Source: Lepidodermella squamata (Eukaryota > Animalia > Gastrotricha). From it: DNA of 64,000 bases. A program made the translations under genes and the position numbers. The stretch covers positions 1,054,001 through 1,118,000 of the forward strand of contig JBLDXI010000010.1 in assembly GCA_047495785.1 (NCBI GenBank), written 5' to 3'. The number at the start of each line of letters is the position of its first letter. Position 1 is the first letter of the stretch. Of the stretch, positions 46,466 through 58,300 are shown piece by piece. The notes beneath the pieces are model-generated. The model had not been told where the DNA came from and searched no databases. It saw only the letters and a list, made by a program, of their open reading frames with translations.

Positions 46466-47349
46466 ATGGATTACCTTACGCTGGCGATCATCGCTGCCGC
46501 CTGTGCCGCAGTCACAGCATGCCCCCCGTCGACTACGACAACCCCGTGCCCAACAGGCAGCTCTGCATGCAACTCAGGGCAAGCATGCGCTCCGTCCGCT
46601 AATATCTGCGATACTGGCGCTAAGAATTGCATTGCAAAAACCGACAGCCAGTGTGGAACAAATGGCCAGACTTGCCAAGCCTCGGTGCAATACCCCTCAG
46701 CATTATAATCACGACGTTTACTCTGAATTCTCTTCCAGACACTTTACCAACTGTGCACTATGAACACTCAGGGGTCGACTGCCGCTGATGCTACTAAAGT
46801 TTCCCAAACTGTCAAATTTTGCCATAACGTCGCCGGAACCGGACCCAGCGCGTGCACCGCTTACCTGACAGTTGCACCTACTGCAGCTGCGGTAATTCTA
46901 TTTCTTGCGTTTACAACCGCAATATCAAGTTGTGTTGCCAGGTTTCTACCGACACGCCTAACACTTTCAGCACATTTGCTGCTTGCTGTGCAGCTACACA
47001 GACAGCTCCCAATGCTGCATTTATCAAATACGAAATCCTCCCGCAGCCAAGCAATGCTGCTGGAATTACGACGTGCATTGGAGCAATCGACGACACTCCC
47101 TACAAACTAACATCTGTTGCTGCTGTAGCTTCTTCGGGTTTCTCATACTGTGCTCGTTTCCCACACACTGCTACCGATGCTGCTCATCAACAAGTAGCTA
47201 GCGGAATAAATGGTGTTAGGTCATATGCTTTCAATTCGTTCGCAAGCTGTTGCTACACTATCGCCCAAGCGCCCTCAAAATCACCAGGTGCCGTCACAGC
47301 GACCATATATGGAGTGGCGAATATGGAAACCTGCGTTTCTGCTGCATGA
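46466..47349 (+). CDS. Secreted Cys/Ala/Thr-rich protein; probable intron 46685-46738 and a 1-nt frameshift near 46860
   Basis: Signal peptide. The Cys-rich sequence moves from the 46760 frame to the 46852 frame at ACTA/LPDSCTYC. Internal repeat 'NTFSTFAACC' / 'YAFNSFASCC'. Confidence 0.65.
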
Positions 47350-48301
47350 TTAAGAAGACGATTAATATCGCGGGCTGGGCGACAGGATGACTCCGCCTAG
47401 AATGGAAACAAATGGCTTGAAACTAAATTTTCGCATTGTTACCCAGTGTTTCGCGTACCTGATCGCCGTGCATTTATAGCATTACACCATTTTCTTCTAT
47501 TAGGCTACTCTATTACCTGATCTATAAGTCGCCCACCCCGCGATATAAATTACATAATCGATTCCCTTAAACAATTGTGTAGCATTGGCGTATCGATTAC
47601 GCGGATCACCATTGAGCCGATGAATTTCAGTCTAATCTGCTTTAAATCGGCTGATTGTAATCGGTAATGATAAATAAACATGCTGAAATTCGAACCTATT
47701 TTCATTTGGCCTGCTATTTGAGCCAGCCATCCGCTCACTCTCAAATAGCTGAAGTTTGGCACTTTCAAGACTTTCAAGACTTGGTTGATAAGCCTCATCC
47801 GTCACCTCTCCCGTGCTAGTAGTCCACGCATATCCTTAAAAGGAGAAGGCGGCTGCGGTAGTGAACATATTCGGTTGGCTTTTCGACCCTGATAAAACCG
47901 ACCTGTTGCCTCGATTGAAGCGTACTATAATTTGGTTTGAGGACAGTTCAGCAGAATTTAGTTCAGCAACAGCAGTTAATCGGCAACACTAGAGCATGCG
48001 ACAGATCAGCAGTGACTAATATTTCAGCAGAGGGCACTGTAGTAGTGGAAACTTCAAGATATGCTACGTCAGCACATTGACTAGTCAGTGTTACCGCTTC
48101 GCCGACGTTACTGAACCGTCTCGCAACCTATTATCGTACACTTTGGATTGAAAGAGGGCAAATACCGGAACAAAGCTGAGTTGCGACGACGAGAAATGGG
48201 GTGACGACGGAGTTCCACTGTAAAAAAATTGGTTCACTGATATTGCTAATATTTATTTAGAAAAAATAGTTCCATTTTGCTGGCATTATGTAGGTCTTAG
48301 A

Positions 48302-48412
48302 CAGGTGTCGCGCAAATTAATTCGAAACCTCGACCAAATAAAATCAAAACGTCGCGCAAAACTAAAAGGTGTGCGCAAATTAAACACGTGATACGCACTT
48401 GCGCGACACCTG
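48302..48412. mobile_element. 111-bp mini inverted-repeat element
   Basis: Perfect 14-bp TIR CAGGTGTCGCGCAA ... TTGCGCGACACCTG with internal GCGCAAA repeats. No clear TSD. Confidence 0.55.
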
Positions 48413-48758
48413 AAATTATGTTGCGCGACTTGCCTAATTAATTTATCAAACTGATACCCAATGACACGTCGCGTTGATCTTTTTCGGAAACATATATTCT
48501 ATTCCATTTATTTTACATGGCTTCGTTGGAATAAAATCAAAATCACCCATCAAAAATTAAATAAAAAATTCTAGGATCTAATAGGGTTGAACCAAGAAAT
48601 GAATTATTCAAACAATGTTAGCAATAGTTTGTGGAGTAAAAACAATTTGTGAACCACAAACCCCAATATTCCATGTGAAGTGAGAAATAAACGCTATTAA
48701 GCATGAATTAAACGTTAGTAGGATAACAGCCAGAGTGTTCAACTCGTTACATCTTACA

Positions 48759-51476
48759 TCAAGCTACGACTTTCAGCAAGTTGACTTCGCAGATGAACCA
48801 AAATCCATTTGTTGGGCTTTTTGCATACCACGTCGCGGAACCAGTGCCGACATTCCACGTAACAACGCCTCTCGTATTTGCAACTGTTTGCCCCGCGCTG
48901 GCGTCCCAATTTGTATAGTTCAAGGCCTGGCCTGGTTTCGACTCCCAGTACCACGTGCCAGAAGCTCTTGTCAGACCCATCCACGACGCATTCGATTGGC
49001 CTTGCCTTCTACCTATTCTTATAATTGTATAATTGATAAGTGCGAATAACATCATGAAAAACGTTACGTCCGATTGAGGTCACTTGGCGATGAATGTAGT
49101 ACTGCTCGTCAATCGAGTTGATCTCCAGCAGCTGCCAGCCATTCATTCGACAAATATACATGGCATCGTCATAGGTTGCGGAGAATGTGTAGTATTTGTA
49201 GCAGCTCGTGCCGAACGATAGCTCACACCACTCTTTCATGGGCATCTGGCAAACCGTGTTGGCCTTTGACCATTTGCTGTAAGGGACCCAGTTGAAATCG
49301 TCAGGGCTTTGAGTGTTTGGTGAAAGTATGGCAAAGGTCTTTGCGGGATCATTCATGTTTTGAACTTCACTGATTTCCCAATCAGATTCAGCTGAGATAA
49401 GGGTCATGACTTCAGTTAGGAAGAAGATTCAATCAACTTACGACACATTGGGATTGAAGGGCACAAAGCTGATTGATTAGTGACGGAATCTACGCACCAG
49501 GGTTCCGGGAAAACAGTCGGGTCAGGGTTGCGGCAGTAATTGTGATTAGTCGAGTAATCAACGAATAGCTTTGCGTCCGTGTAAGAAGTTGTTGACCACA
49601 GCTTGCAGTTGTTGCCAGCTATCGTTGTTGATTGAAAGCCATGGTACTCGCGGCCATACGGGGTGAATCTACAGTTCAACGGCCAGCTGCTTGATATGGC
49701 TATACCACGACAGATTTGATAACGAATCAGCGCGTGGGGATTCGTGATCAAAAACTTACGCATTTCGCACAATGCGGTCCCGCTGTTTGATGTTGAAGTA
49801 ACTGATTGGTCCGAAACGCATTGAATGCTTAGACACTGTTTGACAACATCCCGTGGAGATCATTTGACCTTTCGTCGTATCATTTGCCGGTGAACTAATC
49901 CGGAGTATAAAATGCAAATAGTTCCAATTTTAAGAGCACGCCTTACGAGCAGAACGGCATGTAGTCATTCGGGGGTACCATGACGCTATCTGCAGTAACG
50001 TAGTTGGAACCGTTGTAAACAGCATTCAACCACATCCAAGGCGAGGTGCCGCGACTAACAGAAAATGTTATAAGCATGCTCGCCTTCCTCACACCATCCT
50101 CCGCCCTATATCCCGAATAAGACTGATAATCGTAGTACAGCTTGAATATAACTCACGTTGTCAATCGTGCGCCATAACTTCGGCAAAAATTATTAGCACT
50201 ATCGTATGTGTATGCCCAGAACGAAGGCGTTAACATGCAGCTGTCTCGAAATCGCAGTCCTAGCGGACAGGGGCTATTGCGAATCACATCTGGCCAAAGT
50301 AAATCCTCTGTTATTGGAGATATTATGGAGAAAGTATTAGCTTGCCTAGTATGGCGTAGGTATCCGTTGTTGATGAGCCACCTGACGCGTAGCAAGTGGC
50401 GTATTTCAAACAGCAGGACATTGTACTCTTGTTCAGCATCGACGCAACACAAGACGGATAGTTCCTGCACAATTTACGGCATTGCGATTCGGAATTCACC
50501 TGGGCGCAGGTAATGTCGACATTGGCACAATTAGATTGCGGAATCACCGTTTCTAGAGGTCGGCCATCTATGATCAAGTTAAACTAAATTGGTTAAGAAA
50601 TACTCGTTTGCTTAAATTACCGATGCGGTGGTAGGTCCAATGTGTTTGAACTGAACCTGATAAGGGCGTATAGGGTCGGCTTCTCGAAAAATAGCATTGC
50701 CTAGAACTCGGTAACCATACGAAGGAGGTGCACTGGTCTTTCATACTACCAGAGCAAATTCGAGCACAATCTCTCGGATCCATAACATTGTTCATTGGAT
50801 ATCGCCCAGCTTGTTGTATGTAAGAACCAGCATAACTAGACTCGCTCGCCATGCCAAACGTCTTGATGTAGCCCGGAATTTCCTCAATCGGTCTCGCCCA
50901 ATGATTACGGCTGAAGCGATTGTATCCAGTCCAGAAGTCTGACGTTGCCAAGTTTGGTTGGATCAGAGCAAGAAACTTGTATAGATTATCTCGCTGCTTC
51001 GGCGATTGAAACGTCGGCAATTGAGACATGAATCGCTTCTCACAAGTAGTCCAAGCATCGAAACGGTTAACAGCACCGGATAGGGTGTCTACAAAGTAGC
51101 AGGTTGAAGTTTCATAGTCTGTCAACCACCCAGCTGGGCAAAACTCTTTCCGATAGTAAATTTTGTATCCGTTAGGGTCGAACTTCAGATTTCCGTTCCC
51201 AGGCAATGGTGTTGATTGGTTGTTAGGGTGGTTGTAGATTTTACACCACTCTTTGGATTTGCTGTAGGCGTATGAGTCGCACATTGTCTCACCAGCTGCT
51301 TTCGTATAGCAGTAGGAGATGCATTCGAGGCGATGTTTTGCTGGACCTTCGAAGACAGGGTCCAGGCCTACAGGGAGCATGTTCTCCAAATAATCTGCAG
51401 TAGCCCAATCATCAGCCAAGCTTTGACCGATGCCTAGGAGCAGGCATGTTACAATCGGTATTAGTATTGCCAACAT
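48759..51476 (-). CDS. PAN/C-type lectin/kringle mosaic protein, copy B; frameshift in exon 49760-49894
   Basis: Same exon structure as copy A, including GC-AG intron 50290-50345. Exon is 135 nt versus 134 nt in copy A, putting ...ALCEM out of frame. Confidence 0.85.
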
Positions 51477-53002
51477 TTCTCAGAATGGTTGAACGACCTA
51501 TTTTATATTGCTTTCTTTTTTTGGGAAACCCTCAGGAATGATCGAATCCTTGCCTAAGTGTTTTTTGTTGTTGCCTAGGACACACTTCCCACCCAGGACA
51601 TTTCACACTTCATTTGGTATTTACTTTAACACCTCCATTCAAACACGGGAAAATCCTTCGACTGGTCGATTGTAACTCAAAGCTGGAAAGCTGAATAAAT
51701 CGACGTCGAGCGAATGATTTACCGTTCATGCTAACGAAGCGTCTCTGAGTCTGTGAATGCTGAGACTTGCATGAAGTATGCAGTTAACTGCCAGTTGCTA
51801 ATTATTCATGGTTAATGTTTATTCAACATAGCAAATGTGTGAACAAAGTCAAGAGCACGCACCGTGTGCGAAAATTCTTAAGAAAGTTTCGGCGCAGTTG
51901 TACGTGAGATGCCGCGACTCCAGCGAAATCGATGACAAGCAAGTAATTGCTCAGTGAAGCGTGAAAATCATGCCCTCGCTTTAAATCAATACCTCTGTCC
52001 CAAAAGAACAAAACAAAAGATGGTTGTTTGACCTCAATCCCGAATGTCCTCATTTTGAGGCGATATCATCAACCCTTTTATGACATTTTTAAATTTTCAT
52101 CAAAATTCGAGCTCTTGGAAAATAATCAACATATCTATCAGTGTATCCGAACGGATTAACTCAAAGACAAGCTTATCAGAATGACTCATGGCCGAAAATA
52201 AGTTGAACACTATGTGCAGGTGAAAAAATGCTGATCCAATCGGGTAAAAGTACCGATCAGTTATTTTTCCGGGTATTTTAGTCCGATTTTTCTAACGAGA
52301 TCACGATAACACAAGGGAATTTCGCAGGATTCATTGTGGAAAATCGATCAATTATTTGCAATAATTGCAAACATTTGAAACATGTGCAATTTAACCTGGA
52401 TTGAAATAATAACAAGACGCTATTCCATTAATAACGAAAAATATTTTTTCAAAAAAATGGCGAATGGCCCAACTTTTGATTAAATTCTCAAGAAGACGAA
52501 TAAAAAATAAAATTATTAATAGTTAAATTAAAATTAAATGAATTAATAATCAATAAAATATGGTTTTTTTAACACTTATCATTTCGATATATATTTTTGA
52601 TCTTATTCCTTTTATTGCGCGTGAATCATGGTTAATTACTTTTCCTCAATAATATCCCGATTAAAGTACCATGTCAGCTGATTCTGCTCCTTTTTTTTAT
52701 TATCTTATCTTCGGCCACCCATTGTTGTCACATCATTTGACGCGGCGGTGTGACCTTGGTAGCGAGCAATGTCAAGCCTGGTGCACACGGGAAAGGCCGA
52801 GTCTTATCAACAGCTGAACTAAAAAAAACCTGTTCATACAGACGCATTTCCTCACTTAATACAGACAGGGAAATCTTTCTCGAAAATATCAACGCTTTGA
52901 AAGTACATAACATTTTCGCGCACTTTTTTGACAGCGCATAATTTCAATTAATCAAATATTTCATAAATTTTGACTATTTACCGTATTTTAGAGAGCGTAA
53001 AA

Positions 53003-55140
53003 ATGAGGTTTTTTCTGGTTCTGTTTTTCGCGGCTTTCGCCAATGCCCAAATCTACTTGCAGCCTGAGCAGGTGCATATAGCTATGGGAAGTAAGTCATT
53101 CCAGATTAAATTATCACCTTTCAACCTAATTTCAAATTGCTCACAGGTACTGAGAGTCAAATGGTTGCCACCTGGGTGACACGTAATTTGACCAAAGCAA
53201 GCGTGGTCGAATACGGCCCGACGACCCAGATGCAGTATTCGGCTGTTGGAAACGCTACGCTGTTCACGGATGGCGGCTCTGAGCACCGCCAAATGTACAT
53301 CCACCGAGCTACGATGAACGTCATTCCTGGAACTCAATATTGTAAGTTCAAATTTTTTTATTTATTTTCCAGAAAATAATTTCCAAATAATTTATAAAAA
53401 AATGTCGGTTTGCTCTAAAAATTATTTAAAAAATTAATTCCGAGAGATTTCAAATTTAAAAGTTATCAAAATTTCAAATTCGGAAAAAATTTGAAAATTT
53501 TCAATTTCAACTTTTAACTTGAAAAGGAAATAACGAAAATTCCTCGGAATTTTAAATTGTTTACGAGGAATAAAACCTGAATGCAAAAGTTAGAAAAGAT
53601 TGCTTAATTTTAATTTTCTCATTTTCAATTTTATAGATTACCACGTTGGTAGCCCCCTTGAGGCCTGGAGTGCCGTGTTTTTCTTCAAGGCTATTCCCAG
53701 CGACGACTCGGCCTTCCAGCCCCGCATTGCCATGTACGGTGACCTGGGTAATATCAACTCTCGCTCGATGGCTGTTCTTCAATCCGCTGTGCAACGCGGC
53801 AATTTCGACGCCATTTTCCACGTCGGTGATTTCGCCTATGATATGGACACGAACCAGGCGCAAATCGGCGATGAATTCATGCGCATGATTGAAGCTGTTG
53901 CCGCCTATGTACCCTACATGGTCAGCCCTGGCAACCACGAACAGGCCTAGTAAGCTTCAAAAAATGCGTTCAATTTTCAAAAAAGTTCACAATTTTCATT
54001 TTTCATTTTGGAATTTTGAAAAATTAATCTGAGATTTCTTTTCATTTTCCTAAGTCACAATATTTTTTATTGACCTTTCCAGCAATTTTTCGAACTACAT
54101 CAACCGATTTTCGATGCCGGGCGGTTCTAACAACAGTCTGTGGTACAGCTTTAACATCGGCCCAGCTCACGTGATCTCATTCTCGACCGAGTACTACTTC
54201 TACGGCTGGCTGTACGGCTTCGATTCGGTCATGGCCCAATACAACTGGATGGTCCAAGACCTTAAAGAGGCTAACAAACCCGAGAACAGACAGCAGAGGC
54301 CATGGATCATTACCCTAGCTCACAGGCCTATGTACTGCTCGACTACTGATGGCGACGATTGCACCTTGGAACGAGGCATTGTGAGTTAAATTGAAAAAAA
54401 ATATTAAAAAATTAATTTCAAGGTTCAAATCAATTTTGATGTTTTTCAATTTTTAAAAATTTCGAAAAAAATTTGAAATTTAGAATTTTTCAAGAATTTC
54501 AGTAAATTTCGAAAAATAAATTGGAATTCTCTAAATTCTAAAATTTCAAAATTTCAAAATTAAATTTAAAATTTTGAAATTTCTAAACAGACTATTTTTT
54601 TTAATATTGAAAGTAAATTGCTTACCTTCGATGTTTAATTTTTCCTATTCAAAGATTCGAACTGGTTTGCCGTTTTTCAAAATCTGCGGCCTCGAAGATT
54701 TGTTCCTCGAGTACGGCGTCGACTTCGAAATCTGGGCCCACGAGCACGTTTACGAGCGTCTGTGGCCCGTCTACAACACGACCGTCCGAAACGGGACCGA
54801 CAACCCAACGAACCCTTACTTCAACCCTAAAGCACCCGTCCACATCGTCACCGGATCAGCTGGGTGCCAGGAGGACCACGACACGTGGCAGCCCAAGCCC
54901 GCTAGCTGGTCGGCACTCCGCTCGGCCGACTACGGCTTTTCGACCATGCAAATTCACAACGGCACCCACATTCACGTTCAGTTCTACTCGGACGATCAAA
55001 TGAAGATTATCGACGATTTTTGGATTGTTAAAACGTCCCCGTATCCGAGCTACTACGGCGAGTTGTCGCGGCTCCACAAACGGGGCGAATACGACGGCAT
55101 TCTCAAGGACGCGCCTTGCATGGCCTTCAATAAGCCTTAA
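53003..55140 (+). CDS. ACP7: Purple acid phosphatase, ACP7/PAPL-like, 5 exons
   Basis: Signal peptide, QPEQVHIA; metallophosphatase motifs GDLG, GDFAY, GNHE, AHRPMY, AHEH.YER, HIVTGSAG, DYGF. Confidence 0.93.
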
Positions 55141-55384
55141 ATTATTCAAACTCGGTGAAATATTTTGAAAAATCATCGATTAATCTTGGGAGAACTTGAA
55201 GAATGATTTTTTTGTTTGATTTTATTGGAAAAATAAATTATACGAATTTTTCAAAGATCGATTATGACCCAGTTTCAAGGCAGCTAAATTCGGAAAAATC
55301 ACTGATTTTTAAAATCAATAAGAGGAATCGATATTGGCTTTGAAGGGTGAAAACTCGAAAATTGAAAAATGATTCTTTCGTATT

Positions 55385-58300
55385 TTATTTCCTGAAAATT
55401 ACTGCCGCTAAAATTGCTATTAGTCCATAATATGGCGTTTCAATTTTCGAACTTGAGCTTATAATTGGAAGTTTAAATTGGCCGCTGAAATCGAAGTAAA
55501 AAGCGTCGAAATTAGACTTGTCCAGTACGTTACACATTGTGAAGCTGATTGCTGAATATGAAGCCGATGTGAATTCAACCGATTGCACGTAGCCGAGTAG
55601 GGTGACGTAGTAGTCACCCGCTTGAGCTGGCGATGAGCTGGTGCCAATCGGGATGCCGGAGGCGGAATAGCTCTCAGAGACACTGAGAGCTTTGTAATAA
55701 ACAGCATTCGACTGATCGATAACTATTTTATTGAATCTATAAATTTTAAAAAAAGGAAACAAAATTTAAGATTTTCAAAAAAATTTCGATTTTGAAATTT
55801 CAAAATTTAAATTTAAATTTTAAAATTCTTCAAAAATTTTTCAATTTCGATTTCAAGATTGAAAATTTCAAAAATTCAATTCATTCAATTTCAATTGGAT
55901 TGAACAAATTTCGAAGTTGATTAAATTTTTTTCACTCACCCAATGAAGAGCCTGATGAAAACATTGTTCGTAATAGCCGTGTCGCTGGGATAACCAGAAA
56001 TCGACATCGAAAATATGATCGATCGATGCTTTTGCGATGCTATAGCTTGCGACAACGTGAATTTCGCCACCAAAATCGACGTCTGATCAGTGATTGTCCA
56101 GGTTAAACCAGTTACCGAAGGCGCACATGACGAAATATCGCCGTCTGATGTCGCATTCGTGATGAGCGCCACTTGCACTTCAGCGGCCTTAGCACACGCG
56201 TTGAGCGTCAATGTTCCGGTTCGTTTTCGGGTGTAATACATCGCGATGGTATATAAACCGGCTGGGGATTTTGTCATAAAATATTGATTTCCATTATTGC
56301 CATATCCGAGCCTTAATTCGGGGACAATTAAAGAACAATTAATTAATTAATTAATAATTAATAAGTAATTATTAAAATTGAAATTTTTAATTAATTAACT
56401 ATCAATAATTAAAAATTAACTGATAATTATCGAAATTTATTTTAACTCCTGATGACTCATCATTAGGTCATTTAATTAAAAAATCACGGTTTTATCCTTT
56501 AAGAAAAAAATACAATTTTCGAAAGCAATTTCGATCAATAAATGAAATTATGAACTTACAAATATGGATTTTCATTTGCGTCGAAATTGGGCGCACTATC
56601 ACCGGCTCGCCAAATGACGCCGAAATCAACTGGAGTTGCTGTTATCAAGACGTAGCCGTTCGGTTTCCCCGAAACCGTGTCCGGTACCGTGTAGCGGAAA
56701 TTGATCAAATCGCCGATAGCAAATTGCGCTAAGTCGAGTGAAGTCGTTTGGCAATCGATAAGGGTCGATGTGCCGAGGCGAACGCACAACGTACGGATTC
56801 CAACTTCGCCGAATGCGGCTGTCACCGCGGCGACGGCGCCTGAGCCGAATAGAGTGGTCGCCGCATTTAGGACGGAACAAGCCGCTTCTTTCATTGTTAT
56901 AGTATGCCGCCTTTTTAAAAAATAGGTCATCAAACGCAATTTCTTACTTTTAATGTTAGCGAAAAATTTGTTTCGAAGTCGAAAGGTGATCTCTCAGATT
57001 TAGGGCAGACAAACTGAAATTGCCTATTTTTACGAACTCCCCTACAAAATAGGAATTTACTGGTAAATTTGGTATTCAGGGTCAAGTGCGCTTTTTCGTC
57101 TATTAGCACTAAAAAGGTTCCCAGTTGCGGAAAATTAATTTTTTTGAAACTAAGTATGACTGTTACTCCGTTACTCCAATTGGTTGGAAGTAGAAGTAAC
57201 TTCATAGTTGCTTATCCAATTTGATCGCAAGCTTGGAATCTTTAGCGTTTCTTGAACCTTCAAACCTGATGTCATCCTTGAAAAAGCTTGAAATCAAAGC
57301 CAGGAACCGACCAAAAACTATCGGCAACTGACAAAAACTAAACTCTGACCGATTCCGAATTGAATAGGACGAAAATTCAGAATTTGATTTGCTTCGGATT
57401 GAGAACCCAACTCCTTTTTTCAAGCCTCTGAAGCTCATATCCAATATCAATAATCATCGATTGCAAATAAATGCAGTGAATCCATTATATGGATTATCGA
57501 ATTGCATTTCAGACTAGGCTAATGAAGTAAGGGGAACCTATCCGAAAGTTCGGGAACCTTAAAGTTCACCTCCAGTGATAAAATCAAGCAAAAAAATATT
57601 TTTAACAGCAAATACAACAAGGCCAGTTCGCCTTTTCCATCCTGGTGAAGTCCCAGTAATACTTAGTCTCAAATGCTGATTATTTTGAGAAAAAATGGTT
57701 CAAAACGAATATTCACTCCGTTTACAAAGTTAGAAAATACCGTAGTTACCGAAATATAAGCCCCCACTCGTTTAGAAGCCTGTCTCGATTAGAAGCCTAG
57801 GTAAATTGAAATTCGTCGATGCATAGTCCTATCTCGAATAGTAGCCTATGCTACTACGGCACGTGTGCTCTGCTGCGCTGAACGGTATTTAAAAACGAAA
57901 ATGCGTGAAGATATGTAATAATCTGCTGTTTATGATGAATTTAGGAAAGCTTTCCTTATTAGTCTTGATTGCCAGCTATTAGACGACCTAGCTAATAACT
58001 AATAATGAATACTTTGATGAGTTTTGAGATTGAAAGACGGAAAGTAACGTCAGGTCTCCATTGCATAAGCCTATCTCAAATAGAAGCCTAGTCTTGATTA
58101 GAAGCCTATTTTTCCCTATTTTTCGAGGTATCATTTTTGTATAAGCCCGGGTTAGTATTTCGGTAACTACGGTAATCGTAAACACGTTTTTAGCTTCAAT
58201 TTTGGGCAACTTACCAGTAACATTGATTAGCCAGAGCGAAGGGCTTGGCAGCCATCTAAAATGTCAAATAGAGGAATTTAGAGCTAAAAATAAGAGACTT

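Noticed and set aside
57770-58110. TAGAAGCC iterations as a CRISPR-like array
   Set aside because: Short, irregularly spaced and enclosed by MITE termini; no cas genes.
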